Positions 22,048-32,921 of a stretch of 64,000 nucleotides of DNA are shown here, piece after piece; within the stretch, counting starts at the first letter, position 1, and the number at the start of each line of letters is the position of its first letter. The stretch lies in assembly GCA_038321985.1 (NCBI GenBank), contig JBBQFN010000001.1, forward strand, positions 439,253 through 503,252, given 5' to 3'. Position numbers and translations under genes: made by a program. The notes beneath the pieces are model-generated. The model did not search any database and was not told the origin of the DNA. It saw only the letters and a list, made by a program, of their open reading frames with translations. The stretch comes from Cyanophyceae cyanobacterium (GTDB taxonomy: Bacteria > Cyanobacteriota > Cyanobacteriia > Cyanobacteriales > Laspinemataceae).

Positions 22048-23169
22048 TTAACCTCCGAAACCCGGGATTAGGTTTTTCTTGAGACGATCCATTGCCTTGT
22101 TCGCAACATCGGCGTAACTGGTTTCTCCACACAACACTTCCACCATGCGTTGAGTAGCGCTAGGACGCTTAATTCCAACTTTGTAAGCAATTTTGGGAAT
22201 TTTGTAGAACAAACCGGAGACGCGGGAAGCCCAAACCATTTGACCCCCCCATTCCTCATTCATGACCTGAGTGTACTTTTCTAGGGCATTGCTGGTGCCT
22301 CCAAGGGCGGCATCAATGGATTCTGCTGCTTTGACTCCGCTAAACATAGAGGGACGAATTCCCTCAGCGGTTAAGGGATCAACTACACAGGCGGCTTCCC
22401 CGGCGAGGATGGCATTCTGGGTGTGGAGTTTTTGCTCTTTTTCCCACAAACACAGAAAATCCTGATGCACTTGGGTGGAGAGGGGGAATCCATTGGCTTG
22501 GGCGTATTCGGTGAGGATTTGATCCAATTTTTCTTTGGTGTTTCCTTGCAGATTGGCGATGCTGAGGCTGCAACCCTCTGCTTTGGGGAAGTTCCAGATA
22601 TAGCCTTTTTTGAGGCGGCCAAAATCAAACTCGATGAGGTTATTGGGGTTAGGGGAGGTAATTTCTAGAGAGGCAGCCGGTTGGCGATCGCGCTCTTTAA
22701 AGCCCAACATTTTTGCCATTGGACCTTTTGCACCATCGGCAGCAATCAGATATTTGGCTTCCAGGGTTTCGGTGGCGGTGGTGACTTGCCAGCGATCGCT
22801 ATTAAAGGATATTTTGGTAACTGGGCTATTGTCTCGAACTTCTGCCCCTTGTTTTTTAGCTTGATCAATCAGGAATTGATCAAAGATATCTCGGCGAACC
22901 ATCCACATCGGTTCGGGAGTTTCCAGTTGTACCTCTACCGGGTCCTCTCCCTGCCAGGTGTAGCGCAGGCGATCGACTTTCATGGAAATCGCCGGAGTAA
23001 AGTCAAAGTCAAACCATTGGGCGATCGCCGGAGAAACACCGCCTCCACAGGGTTTATATCGCGGCAAGGCTTCTTTTTCTAGGACTAAAACCGAACGTCC
23101 TCGTTTTGCTAAATGATAGGCGGCACTTCCGCCAGCGGGTCCCGCTCCTACAATAATACAGTCGAACAT
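22048..23169 (-). CDS. Geranylgeranyl reductase family FAD-dependent oxidoreductase
   Basis: VGAGPAGG, PRYKPCGGG, AADGA and DPLTAEGI motifs; start placed at MFDCII. Confidence 0.88.
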   Translation of the reverse strand: MFDCIIVGAGPAGGSAAYHLAKRGRSVLVLEKEALPRYKPCGGGVSPAIAQWFDFDFTPAISMKVDRLRYTWQGEDPVEVQLETPEPMWMVRRDIFDQFLIDQAKKQGAEVRDNSPVTKISFNSDRWQVTTATETLEAKYLIAADGAKGPMAKMLGFKERDRQPAASLEITSPNPNNLIEFDFGRLKKGYIWNFPKAEGCSLSIANLQGNTKEKLDQILTEYAQANGFPLSTQVHQDFLCLWEKEQKLHTQNAILAGEAACVVDPLTAEGIRPSMFSGVKAAESIDAALGGTSNALEKYTQVMNEEWGGQMVWASRVSGLFYKIPKIAYKVGIKRPSATQRMVEVLCGETSYADVANKAMDRLKKNLIPGFGG

Positions 23170-23291
23170 AATGATTGAATTTTTACGTCGCAATTGAATT
23201 GATTTTATGTCACGCCCTCGGCGCTTGTGCCTCTATCATCAGACAGAGGACAGAGTAGGCATCTTAAACAAACTGTAACGAATAAATGCTA

Positions 23292-23330
23292 GAAAAACCC
23301 AGATAACTTTAAGAATTATCTGGGTTTTTC
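23292..23330. terminator. Intrinsic terminator-like hairpin downstream of frr
   Basis: gaaaaacccagataa / ttatctgggtttttc perfect 15-bp stem. Confidence 0.65.
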
Positions 23331-23457
23331 GGTTCCTTAGATGAATTGGATAATTCCGTAACTCCCCCTGGGGTAAGGGGGAGTGGGGGATTCATTGGGT
23401 AATGAAAGCCCGAGGTTCCCAACATATTCGATCTAGGTTAGAGAAGCATTAGAAAAA

Positions 23458-24006
23458 TTAGACAGTAGTGATGTCTTTTTCTTTTTCTGCAAGCACTTCT
23501 TCGATTTTTGCAACGTATTTGTCAGTCATTTTCTGAATGTCATCTTGCAAAGATCTAGATTCATCTTGGGAGATGTCGCTATTTTTTTCTTGCTTGCGGA
23601 CCGAATCAATCCCATCTCGACGAGCATTGCGAATGGCAACCTTACCCTCTTCGGCATATTTTCCGGCGACTTTCACCAATTCCTGACGGCGATCGCTGGT
23701 TAGCTGGGGAATGTTCAATCGGATAATTACCCCATCATTGTTGGGAGTCAATCCCAAATCCGATATTAAAATCGCTTTTTCGATAACAGCCAAACTGCCC
23801 CGATCAAACGGTTGAATAGAAATCGTGCTGGCATCGGGGGTATTGATGCTTGCTAAAGATTTTAACGGAGTGGGCGTTCCGTAATATTCAACCATTACTT
23901 TATCTAGCAAAGAGGTATTCGCTCTGCCCGTGCGAATGGTGTTAAAAGAGCGTTGAGTTGCCTCAACGGCTTTTTTCATCAAATCTTCTACTTCAGCTAA
24001 CTTCAC
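23458..24006 (-). CDS. frr: Ribosome recycling factor
   Basis: [15 protein letters not shown] and LGLTPNNDG motifs; GTG start at 24006 overlapping the end of pyrH. Confidence 0.97.
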   Translation of the reverse strand: MKLAEVEDLMKKAVEATQRSFNTIRTGRANTSLLDKVMVEYYGTPTPLKSLASINTPDASTISIQPFDRGSLAVIEKAILISDLGLTPNNDGVIIRLNIPQLTSDRRQELVKVAGKYAEEGKVAIRNARRDGIDSVRKQEKNSDISQDESRSLQDDIQKMTDKYVAKIEEVLAEKEKDITTV

Positions 24007-24721
24007 AAGAACCTCCCACAATCGTTCCGACGTTTTCTCCCAGGACCGCTCGGCGGATGTTACCGGGTACCGAGAGATCAAATACTATGATAGGGATATT
24101 ATTGTCTTTGCACAGGGCGATCGCGGTGCTATCCATCACTCGTAAGTCATGGGCTAAAACGTGCCCATAAGTCAGGCTGTTAAACCGTTTTGCATCCGGG
24201 TTCAGATGGGGGTCACTATCATAAATCCCATCCACTTTAGTTGCCTTAAAGATCACCTCAGCATTGATTTCTGCGGCTCTTAGGGCTGCGGTAGTATCCG
24301 TGGTAAAGAAGGGATTTCCCGATCCGGCCCCAAAAATAACCACCCGTTTTTTTTCTAGGTGGCGAATAGCACGACGACGGATATAGGGTTCCGCAACTTC
24401 CTGCATGGCGATCGCGGTTTGTACCCGAGTCGGTATGCCCATGCGTTCGAGAGAATCCTGCAACGTCATGGCATTCATCACCGTTGCGATCATCCCGATG
24501 TAGTCAGCAGTCGCCCGATCCATGCCTGCTGCTGCTCCCTTAACCCCGCGAAAAATGTTACCGCCACCGACAACGACTGCGACTTCTACGCCATCGGCAA
24601 TCAAATCGGCCAACTGTTGAGCAATTTGCTCAACCACCATTGGATCGATGCCGTAGTTGAGGTCGCCCATCAACGCTTCGCCACTCAGCTTTAGTAAGAC
24701 TCGCTGGTACACTGTCCCCAT
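23993..24721 (-). CDS. pyrH: UMP kinase
   Basis: [21 protein letters not shown] and GNPFFTTD motifs. Confidence 0.98.
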   Translation of the reverse strand: MGTVYQRVLLKLSGEALMGDLNYGIDPMVVEQIAQQLADLIADGVEVAVVVGGGNIFRGVKGAAAGMDRATADYIGMIATVMNAMTLQDSLERMGIPTRVQTAIAMQEVAEPYIRRRAIRHLEKKRVVIFGAGSGNPFFTTDTTAALRAAEINAEVIFKATKVDGIYDSDPHLNPDAKRFNSLTYGHVLAHDLRVMDSTAIALCKDNNIPIIVFDLSVPGNIRRAVLGENVGTIVGGSCEVS

Positions 24722-25093
24722 CAGCTCACTCTTTTCCCAACTGTATTTGCCTCCCCCATAAGATAGCAGGATGTCGGCATTTTTCCACCGATTCCATCAG
24801 AAATCATCCCCGAGTTATCTGGAAACTCTCTATCTAGCCTTTCATTGGCTTTATTTTGGCGTTCAGGGTCTGTTGGCCCTTTTGCGGTAGGGAAAGTCTA
24901 AGGAGGTGCTTTTTGGTGGCCCTTTGCGGTTAAAGCTGAGGGGCGATCGCCTGGGAACCATTGCGGGGATAGTTTCTGCGCATTTTCCCCACCCTTTGGG
25001 ATTCCGGTTAGCTCAAACCTTAAGTTTAGGTACGTTCTAGGCCGGGAGTAAATTCCCACTCCCCCAATTTGATGCTCACAAGGGAGAGGAAAA

Positions 25094-25111
25094 ATTGTAA
25101 CATTATGTTAA
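25094..25111 (-). promoter_or_regulatory. Possible HLR1 (RpaB) direct repeat
   Basis: Minus strand TTAACATA-AT-GTTACAAT resembles two (G/T)TTACA(T/A)(T/A) units separated by 2 nt. Confidence 0.35.
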
Positions 25112-25188
25112 GCCCCTCCTAGATTTTGGATTCCGACGCCGAGTCTAGGGGCAGGCCGCCTCTTCCAGATTCCCTATCTCCCCCGGTG

Positions 25189-26124
25189 ATGACTCTTACC
25201 CCTTCTAACCCTTCAACCCTCTCCAACAGCACTCTTTTGCCTTTTCAGACTTGGACTTGGCGTGGTTTTCCCATCTGCTACCAACACCAAGGAGATCAGG
25301 GGCCAGCAGTAGTGCTGGTTCACGGATTTGGAGCCTCCTGCGGCCATTGGCGGAAAAATATTCCCGACTTAGCGACGCGCTGTCGAGTTTATGCGATCGA
25401 TTTGATTGGGTTTGGGTACTCTGCTAAACCGACTCCCGGAGAGGCAGTCACCTACAACTTCGAGACATGGGGAGAACAACTGGCCGATTTTTGCCGCGAA
25501 ATCGTCGGGGGTCCTGCCTTCTTCGTCGGTAATTCTATCGGCTGTATTGCCATCATGCAAGCAGCGGTGGATCATCCCGAACTCGCCCGGGGTATTGTCG
25601 CGATTAACTGTTCCCTGCGCCTCCTACACGACCGCAAACGGGCCGAAAAACCCTGGCATCAACGGATGGGGACACCCATAGCGCAAAAAATATTATCTAT
25701 CAATTGGGTGGCCCAATTCTTTTTTAAACAATTAGCTACGGCCAAGACCGTGCGTTCAATTTTACAGCAAGCATACCGGCGATCGGACGCTGTAACCGAC
25801 GAACTGGTAGAGATCATTCTCGGACCCTCCCGGGATGTCGGGGCGGTTGATGTCTTTGTTGCCTTTACCAGTTATTCCCACGGACCTTTACCCGAAGATT
25901 TGCTACCCATCTTACCTTGTCCGGCACTCCTACTCTGGGGAAGCGAAGACCCCTGGGAACCCATCGCCCTCGGCCAAGAATTTGCCAAAATTTCCACCGT
26001 AGACGAGTTTATTCCTTTACCGGGATTAGGGCATTGTCCCCAGGATGAAGCACCGGAGATTGTCAATCCAATCCTGTTGGAGTGGATATTAGGGAAGGAA
26101 GGGGAATCCGAAGGTTTGAAGTGA
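25189..26124 (+). CDS. Alpha/beta-fold hydrolase
   Basis: HGFGAS, GNSIG nucleophile elbow and GHCPQDE; start uncertain (25126 or 25189). Confidence 0.9.
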   Translation: MTLTPSNPSTLSNSTLLPFQTWTWRGFPICYQHQGDQGPAVVLVHGFGASCGHWRKNIPDLATRCRVYAIDLIGFGYSAKPTPGEAVTYNFETWGEQLADFCREIVGGPAFFVGNSIGCIAIMQAAVDHPELARGIVAINCSLRLLHDRKRAEKPWHQRMGTPIAQKILSINWVAQFFFKQLATAKTVRSILQQAYRRSDAVTDELVEIILGPSRDVGAVDVFVAFTSYSHGPLPEDLLPILPCPALLLWGSEDPWEPIALGQEFAKISTVDEFIPLPGLGHCPQDEAPEIVNPILLEWILGKEGESEGLK

Positions 26125-26138
26125 TTATTATTGTACCC

Positions 26139-26248
26139 ATGCTCGCACTCCTCTAAATATATGCACCGCAGGAGTTCGAGAACCGCTATAGACCGATGCT
26201 CGCCCTCCTAAAAAAATGCACCTCATAACAGGGGGAACCGCTATAGAC
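26139..26248. repeat. Two imperfect ~57-bp tandem units
   Basis: atgctcgc..ctcct..atgcacc..gaaccgctatagac occurs at 26139 and 26196. Confidence 0.7.
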
Positions 26249-26399
26249 TACCTATAACAGGTGTCAATTTTGGAGAAGAACAATTTCCAACCTTGAATTA
26301 CTCACGAATCTTTGGGAAAAAACACCTTACTTGATTGCTAGTAAAAATTAAAAGAAATGGGGGGTATTTTTTCTAACTCCATCCCCTCAATTACTCCTT

Positions 26400-28052
26400 T
26401 CAAATAATCTGGAGTTTTGATACCCAATCCGTTGCCCTTTGTAAGGCTTCTTGGCGATTTTCCATAAGGTGAATGCAGGAAAAGCGCTCAAGTTTGAGTT
26501 TGCCTAGGCGTCGCCGGGGCTGTCCGGGAGACACGACTACAAAAACCTGGCGATCGCGCTGTTGTGAATCGAGCAGCATGGTTTCGATCGCCAAAGCTGC
26601 TGTCACCCCCATCGAGGGTACTTCACTCAGATCTAAGACTAAAACCTGATAGTTTTTCAGAATCCCAATTCGTCGGGAAATTGTTTTTGCGGCCCCGAAA
26701 CTCAGCGGTCCTCCCAATTGAAACAGTAGAATATCCCCCTGGGATTGGGCGAGTAGTTCCTTCTCTTCCTCACTTAAGCCCATTGCTTGAGTCGGGTCAC
26801 TCACTGCTAGAATGCGATCGCTCTGGACGTCGTTAAGGCGTTTAATCGTTAGCATATTGGCGATAAATACCCCCACCACCACTGCCGTTATCAAATCTAC
26901 AAATACAGTTAGTACCAGCACTAGATACATCAACCCAGTGGCCTTTGGAGAAATCCCCGGTGCGCGACGGATAAAGCTCCAATCAATGATATCCATGCCC
27001 ACTTTTAGCAACAGTCCCGCGAGTACGGCATGGGGAATCACTGTCGTGACAGGCCCTGCCCCCAAGGTAATCACCAGTAAAACCCCCGCATGGATCATGC
27101 CTGATAAGGGTGTGCGACCCCCCGCTTGGACGTTTGTCACGGTCCGCATGGTGGCTCCAGCCCCGGGCAATCCCCCAAACAGTCCGCAGATGCAGTTACC
27201 AATTCCCTGCCCGATCAGTTCTTTATCCGAGTTGTGCTGGGTTTGGGTAATGTTGTCAGCCACAAGGGAAGTGAGGAGGGAGTCAATCGAACCCAAAATC
27301 CCCAACATTAAGCCATAGCGCATCATCAGCCTCAATTCGCTAAGGGTAAATATGGGCATTTGCAGGTGGGGTAAACCACTGGGAATCACTCCGATGCGAG
27401 GGACATCGCCGTTGCTGATCAAGAGTACGGAAACCCCTGTTCCGATTACTAATGCCAGCAGGGGTGCCGGTAAAATTCGGTTCAGTCGCGGCGGTGCCAG
27501 GGAGACGATCGCCAGGGTTAGCAGTCCCAAACTTAAGGCGGCGAAGTTGGGTTGAGTTAGGTAACTCGGCAGTGCTTGCAAGGTTCCCCATACGCTACCG
27601 CCTCCGGAATAGCCCAGCAAGGGCGGCAGTTGCAGCAAAATCACGATTACCCCAATCCCGGACATGAAGCCGGAAATGACGGTGTAGGACATTAGGGTAA
27701 GGTACTGCCCTAGTTTCATGAACCCAAATAAGATTTGAAAGAGTCCCCCAATGATGACTACGGTAAATGCCATCCCTAAACCTTTATCGGGCTGAAGCGC
27801 AACCAGGGAAGCGATGACGGTGGTGATAATCACGGTCATTGGACCCGTGGGACCCGAAACTTGGGCGGGAGTCCCGCCAAATAGGGCGGCAAATAAGCCT
27901 AGGAAAATTGCGCCATAAAGTCCAGCAATTGCCCCAGCACCGGAGGCGACTCCAAAGGCTAAGGCTAGAGGCAGAGCGACGATCGCAGCAGTAATGCCGC
28001 CGAATAGGTCCCCCCGCAGATTTTCAGTCCCAATTTTATTAACTAACTGCAT
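26400..28052 (-). CDS. bicA: SulP/SLC26 anion transporter, BicA-like bicarbonate transporter
   Basis: RGDLFGGITAAIVALPLALAFG, GPTGPM, HNSDKELIGQG and PGAGATMRT motifs; C-terminal STAS domain. Confidence 0.82.
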   Translation of the reverse strand: MQLVNKIGTENLRGDLFGGITAAIVALPLALAFGVASGAGAIAGLYGAIFLGLFAALFGGTPAQVSGPTGPMTVIITTVIASLVALQPDKGLGMAFTVVIIGGLFQILFGFMKLGQYLTLMSYTVISGFMSGIGVIVILLQLPPLLGYSGGGSVWGTLQALPSYLTQPNFAALSLGLLTLAIVSLAPPRLNRILPAPLLALVIGTGVSVLLISNGDVPRIGVIPSGLPHLQMPIFTLSELRLMMRYGLMLGILGSIDSLLTSLVADNITQTQHNSDKELIGQGIGNCICGLFGGLPGAGATMRTVTNVQAGGRTPLSGMIHAGVLLVITLGAGPVTTVIPHAVLAGLLLKVGMDIIDWSFIRRAPGISPKATGLMYLVLVLTVFVDLITAVVVGVFIANMLTIKRLNDVQSDRILAVSDPTQAMGLSEEEKELLAQSQGDILLFQLGGPLSFGAAKTISRRIGILKNYQVLVLDLSEVPSMGVTAALAIETMLLDSQQRDRQVFVVVSPGQPRRRLGKLKLERFSCIHLMENRQEALQRATDWVSKLQII

Positions 28053-28242
28053 CGGTTTGGCAAGGTTTCAAGCGGTATGTTCGATTTACGGTGACAATGT
28101 TTCCCGGGAATGCTTGTGTCGTTTATTCTCTTCGATTCTGTCCCTGAGCGATCGCCCTGGATTGTTGAACTAAAGGGCCTTTTGGTCCCTCGGTTTACTT
28201 GATCTGGTTTTTGCACTCTATACTGTACACCATAGGAATCAG

Positions 28243-28286
28243 AGAATTAGCGATTTGCGATCGTGCGATCGCAAACCGCTAATTCT
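28243..28286. repeat. 44-bp near-perfect palindrome containing HIP1-like cores
   Basis: agaattagcgatttgcgatcg-tg-cgatcgcaaaccgctaattct; arms match at 20 of 21 positions. Confidence 0.8.
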
Positions 28287-28372
28287 TTATACCTCCACCC
28301 CCGGTTATTTAGATGCCACTAGGCCAATTTCTGATAAACTGGGTCGTTGTAAATTGGAGTGCAGTTTCAGCG

Positions 28373-29104
28373 ATGAGTGAGTTTGTTTACCACTATCCCC
28401 CCTTATTTCCAGGTACGTTACTCAAGCGGTATAAGCGCTTTTTAGCCGATATCAAACTGGATAGCGGTGAAGAAATTACCGTACATTGTGCTAATCCGGG
28501 GAAAATGTTAGGCTTATCAACCCCAGGTAGTCGGGTGATGGTGTCTCTTAGTAGCAATGCAAAGCGCAAGTTGCCTTATAGTTTGGAATTAGTCGCCGCC
28601 GAAGAGAACGAGGATACTTGGGTGGGGGTGAATACCAGTTTGCCGAATCAAGTGATTAAATTAGCATTGGCACAGCGACTGTTTCCGGGATTGGGGGAGT
28701 ATCACACGATTAAGCCGGAGGTAGTTTACGGGCGCGATCGCAAAAGTCGAGTTGATTTTTTCTTGACGGGAACGGAGGGAACGATGCCAATTTATTTGGA
28801 GGTTAAAAATGTGACTTGGGCGCAGGGACGAAAAGGTTTATTTCCCGATGCGGTGACTACCCGAGGACAAAAGCATTTATTAGAATTAGTGGATGTGATC
28901 GAAAAACATTCGGCCAGGGCAGTGGCGTTATTTTTTATTAGTCGCGGGGATTGTGATACCTTTGGGCCGGGAGATGCAGCAGATCCAGTTTATGGGAAGT
29001 TATTACGCGAAGCGGTTGTTAAAGGGTTAGAAATTTTGCCCTGTCGGTTTGAATTAACGCCGGAGGGGGTGAAGTATTTAGGGTTGAGTGAGGTAGAGTT
29101 TTAG
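28373..29104 (+). CDS. sfsA: DNA/RNA nuclease SfsA
   Basis: RYKRFLAD, HCANPG, EVKNVT and FPDAVTTRGQKHL motifs; start placed at MSEFVY. Confidence 0.95.
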   Translation: MSEFVYHYPPLFPGTLLKRYKRFLADIKLDSGEEITVHCANPGKMLGLSTPGSRVMVSLSSNAKRKLPYSLELVAAEENEDTWVGVNTSLPNQVIKLALAQRLFPGLGEYHTIKPEVVYGRDRKSRVDFFLTGTEGTMPIYLEVKNVTWAQGRKGLFPDAVTTRGQKHLLELVDVIEKHSARAVALFFISRGDCDTFGPGDAADPVYGKLLREAVVKGLEILPCRFELTPEGVKYLGLSEVEF

Positions 29105-29149
29105 GAGAGGAGTCGTTACTACAAACAACTCCCCCTGAGGACTTGGGAT

Positions 29150-30496
29150 TTATGTAGTCAGGGCCGGGACTCTCACATCTAGGCGAGTGCGCCAGCTTGC
29201 TAGGTGAGATAGGGAGCGATCGCGATATTTGCCGTAGCGTTCGGGTTTGCTTTTGATTTTTTGCGGAAAGGGCGGCAAAATCCCAAAGTTAGGCGGCATG
29301 GGTTGGAAGTGTTTGGGCGAGGCGGAAGTGATAAAGTAAAATAACGCTCCCATCATTGTTGTATAAGGTAGCCACACGGGTTTTAACCCCAGTGCTAATC
29401 GGGCAGCATTGGTTCCGGCTAACCAGCCTCCGGCTGAGGCTGCGGTATAGCCTTCAGTGCCGGTGAGTTGTCCGGCAGCTAAAAGGGTCGATCGCGTTTT
29501 GAATTGTAAGGTTCGGTCTAACAATTGCGGGGAATTAATAAAGGTATTCCGGTGCATTACCCCCATGCGCACAAATTCAGCATTTTCTAATCCGGGAATT
29601 AATTGGAAGACTCGCTTTTGTTCTCCCCACCGTAAATTAGTTTGAAATCCGACCATGTTCCAAAGTTGTCCGGCTTTGTCTTCCTGGCGCAATTGCACCA
29701 CGGCATAGGGACGATTTTCGCAGCGTGGGTCACTCAATCCCACGGGCTTTACGGGACCGTAACGCATGGTATCTTCCCCCCGTTTTGCCATTTCTTCAAT
29801 GGGCAAACAGGCTTCAAAAAATTTCGAGGTTTCCCGATCAAAGTCTTTTAATTCTGCTTGTTCGGCTTTGCACAATTCCTGCCAAAAATGCAGGTATTGT
29901 TCCTTGTTCATAGGACAATTGATATAGTCTGCATCCCCTTTGTCATACCGAGAGGCGCGGAAGGCAATATCCAGATTGATAGAGTCTCCGACAACGATGG
30001 GGCTGGCGGCATCAAAAAAGCTCATGTATTCCATGCCGGTGAAGCGTTGCAAGTCGGCGGCTAAGGCTGGAGTGGTTAGGGGTCCGGTGGTGAGGACGAC
30101 GATGCCATCTGGGGGAATTTCTGGGGCTTCTTCTCGGCGCAGATCGATTAACGGGTGGTTGGCTAAGGTTGCGGTGAGTTCGTGACTGAAGACGCCGCGA
30201 TCGACGGCTAAAGCACCACCTGCGGGGACTTGATGGGTATCGGCGGTACCGATGACGATCGACCCGAGTTGGCGCAGTTCTTCATGCAGCAATCCAGCCG
30301 CGCGATCGCTGGCTTTGGCCCCAAAGGAGTTACTGCATACCAGTTCGGCAAATTCCCCAGTATGATGAGCGGGGGTCATTTGGACTGGACGCATTTCATA
30401 GAGGACGACGGGTACCCCAGCGCGGGCAATTTGCCACGCTGCTTCGGTGCCTGCAAGTCCGGCACCAATGACTGTAACGGGTTGTTTGTCGTTCAT
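29150..30496 (-). CDS. trmFO: tRNA (uracil-54-C5) methyltransferase TrmFO
   Basis: [24 protein letters not shown] and GVMHRNTF motifs. Confidence 0.97.
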   Translation of the reverse strand: MNDKQPVTVIGAGLAGTEAAWQIARAGVPVVLYEMRPVQMTPAHHTGEFAELVCSNSFGAKASDRAAGLLHEELRQLGSIVIGTADTHQVPAGGALAVDRGVFSHELTATLANHPLIDLRREEAPEIPPDGIVVLTTGPLTTPALAADLQRFTGMEYMSFFDAASPIVVGDSINLDIAFRASRYDKGDADYINCPMNKEQYLHFWQELCKAEQAELKDFDRETSKFFEACLPIEEMAKRGEDTMRYGPVKPVGLSDPRCENRPYAVVQLRQEDKAGQLWNMVGFQTNLRWGEQKRVFQLIPGLENAEFVRMGVMHRNTFINSPQLLDRTLQFKTRSTLLAAGQLTGTEGYTAASAGGWLAGTNAARLALGLKPVWLPYTTMMGALFYFITSASPKHFQPMPPNFGILPPFPQKIKSKPERYGKYRDRSLSHLASWRTRLDVRVPALTT

Positions 30497-30612
30497 AAAA
30501 ACTGGATCCTGTAGGTCTGATCGGAGAGGGAAAAAATGCGAGAAATGGCGTATAGAGGGGTCTAAGAGGCGACTGCCTCTCTATTCAGTCGCACCCAGAG
30601 ACTGATTCCCTT

Positions 30613-32103
30613 TTAGATTATATTTAACAACTGGGTTAGGAGTCGCGGTGCCGGTAAGACGATCGCCAAGAACAAGGCGATCGCCAGCAACCCTAGGACA
30701 TCCCGGCGCGTGTCTAATTCGCTGATATCATTGAGGGCTGGGGAATCCACAATGGGCATGAAGAATAACAGCAGCGCCCAGATAATCCATCCCTGTTGCA
30801 CGAAAGAGAGTCCTAGGAATACAAACCGGGCCATTTGCCCGATTCGGGTGGCTTTCACCTGCCCAAACATGGCATGGACGATATGCCCTCCATCTAATTG
30901 ACCTACGGGAATTAGGTTTAAGGCGGTGGCGATTAAACCAATATAGCCGGCGACGGCAACGGGATGTAAGGCGATCGCACTGGTTACGCCAAGTTGCGAC
31001 CCTAGGGCTACTTTACTCAGCAGGGTGAGGATCAAGGAACTTTTTGGGTCTAAGGCAGCAATATCAAACATTCCCCCATTCCCTGGCATGGGGACAACGA
31101 TAGAGTGAATTAATCCCCACAACAACAGAGGAAGGGTGACCACAAATCCAGCCAGAGGACCGGCAATGCTGACATCAAATAAGACTTTCCGATTCGGCAT
31201 CGGCGACTGGATTTTAATGAACGCCCCAAAGGTGCCTAAGAAAATGGGGAAGGGAATAAAATAAGGCAGAGTGGTCTTAATTTTATAAAAAACTGCTGCC
31301 AGATAGTGACCGGATTCGTGGATGCCAAGGATGACCATCAGTGCCAAAGCGTAGGGTAAACCCTGGAGTAATAAGTTAGGGTCCGATTGCACCTGGTCGG
31401 GAGAAATTCCGGCAATTTGGGTCCCGACAATGGTTGTGGTAAATAGGGTGATCACGGCTAGTAAGAGGGCGAGTCCAGGTTTCCTTAAGTCCTCGCTGGG
31501 TTCGGTTTGTTCCGAATTGGGAACTAAGATAAAAAATGCCTTGCCTTTGATATCTTCCTGAAAAATAGTTAAGAAGCGATCGCCAAATTTATCTTCTATT
31601 TTGTCTCGAATGCGTTGATAAGCTAACTCCGGCGGCGATCGCAACTGACCCCGACAGATGACAGCTTGCGGACGGTAATTAATCTGATGCAGGGCGTAAA
31701 CAGTCCAATCAAAACAAGCGCGTAATTCCTGTTCTTCCCGTTCATCAAGGGCTCGTACTTCCGGGGGAGTGGCAGGAGGACCTAAGCGAGATACAGCTTT
31801 GATTCCGGCTGATTCCGGGGCTGGATCCCCTCCTGAGTCCTGTTCTGATTGGGGGCGTATATCCCGGCGACCCCAGAAAAACAGCACCCAATACACGAGA
31901 GGCGACACCAAAAATGAACCAAGGGCAACTTCAGTGGGTAAGGGGCTGCGATCGCCATGAATGACAAACCAGGCAATCCACAGGAATGCTGGGGCCATTA
32001 ACACCAACCACAAAACCCAAACCGGAGTGCGCGTCAGGTGTGCCACACGCTGCCGCAAAATAATGTATGTAATAAATCCGAGAAGCAGTAACCAGAGAAC
32101 CAT
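30613..32103 (-). CDS. Site-2 protease (M50), EGY-like
   Basis: HESGH and NLIPVGQLDGG motifs; start placed at MVLWLL (CAT at 32101-32103). Confidence 0.92.
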   Translation of the reverse strand: MVLWLLLLGFITYIILRQRVAHLTRTPVWVLWLVLMAPAFLWIAWFVIHGDRSPLPTEVALGSFLVSPLVYWVLFFWGRRDIRPQSEQDSGGDPAPESAGIKAVSRLGPPATPPEVRALDEREEQELRACFDWTVYALHQINYRPQAVICRGQLRSPPELAYQRIRDKIEDKFGDRFLTIFQEDIKGKAFFILVPNSEQTEPSEDLRKPGLALLLAVITLFTTTIVGTQIAGISPDQVQSDPNLLLQGLPYALALMVILGIHESGHYLAAVFYKIKTTLPYFIPFPIFLGTFGAFIKIQSPMPNRKVLFDVSIAGPLAGFVVTLPLLLWGLIHSIVVPMPGNGGMFDIAALDPKSSLILTLLSKVALGSQLGVTSAIALHPVAVAGYIGLIATALNLIPVGQLDGGHIVHAMFGQVKATRIGQMARFVFLGLSFVQQGWIIWALLLFFMPIVDSPALNDISELDTRRDVLGLLAIALFLAIVLPAPRLLTQLLNII

Positions 32104-32106
32104 GCT

Positions 32107-32763
32107 ATGCCCAAACAACCACGGGCTGTCTTTGATGATATTTTTGCCTTTTCTCCCAATCGAGAGACTTTAGGCGCGACAGCTTATCTCATTGTAGAAA
32201 ATAACGCCAATATCCTGGTGGATTGTCCTGCCTGGGATGAATCGACCGAAGAATTCTTGAATCAGCAAGGGGGCGTGCGTTGGCTGTTTCTGACCCATCG
32301 CGGCGGCATTTCCAAGGTCAAGGAAATTCAAAAAGCAACCGGCTGTGAAGTCATCATTCAAGAGTGGGAGGCCTATTTGCTGCCCCAATTGACGGTGCAG
32401 ACGTTTGAGAACGATTGCACCCTTAGCCCCAGTTGTCAGGGGATTTGGACCCCCGGTCATTCTCCCGGGTCTTCCTGTTTATATTATGGGGGTCACGGCG
32501 GGGTTTTATTGGTGGGGCGGCATTTACTTCCAAATGCGGCGGGAGAACCCATGCCTTTGCGAACCTCGAAAACCTTTCATTGGACCCGGCAAATTCAGTC
32601 CGTTAAGGTGCTGCAAGAGCGGTTTACACCGGAGAGCTTGCACTATATCTGTCCGGGGGCGAATACGGGCTTTTTACGGGGGAAACGGGTCATCGACTGC
32701 GCCTATGAGCATCTTTTGGCGATCGATGTCCAAGGGTTGCGGGAGTTAGAAGCTGTTCTGTGA
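32107..32763 (+). CDS. MBL-fold protein with degenerate metal motif
   Basis: NILVDCP, LFLTHRGG and WTPGHSPGSSCL motifs. Confidence 0.8.
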   Translation: MPKQPRAVFDDIFAFSPNRETLGATAYLIVENNANILVDCPAWDESTEEFLNQQGGVRWLFLTHRGGISKVKEIQKATGCEVIIQEWEAYLLPQLTVQTFENDCTLSPSCQGIWTPGHSPGSSCLYYGGHGGVLLVGRHLLPNAAGEPMPLRTSKTFHWTRQIQSVKVLQERFTPESLHYICPGANTGFLRGKRVIDCAYEHLLAIDVQGLRELEAVL

Positions 32764-32921
32764 CTGTCTCCTGCCATAGCTGAAGCCTCCTCTCTCCTCG
32801 TGACTGGGCTTTGCCATGACACGAGGAGGAGGAGAGGGGGGTTACGAAGCGGGAATTTAGAGTGGTCCACAATTCTTGCTAAAATGCAACCCTGCGTGTC
32901 CTTGAATTGTTGGTAAAAATC

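Noticed and set aside
26139..26248. Possible mini CRISPR array
   Set aside because: Only two imperfect units, the spacers resemble each other, and no cas genes or leader are present.
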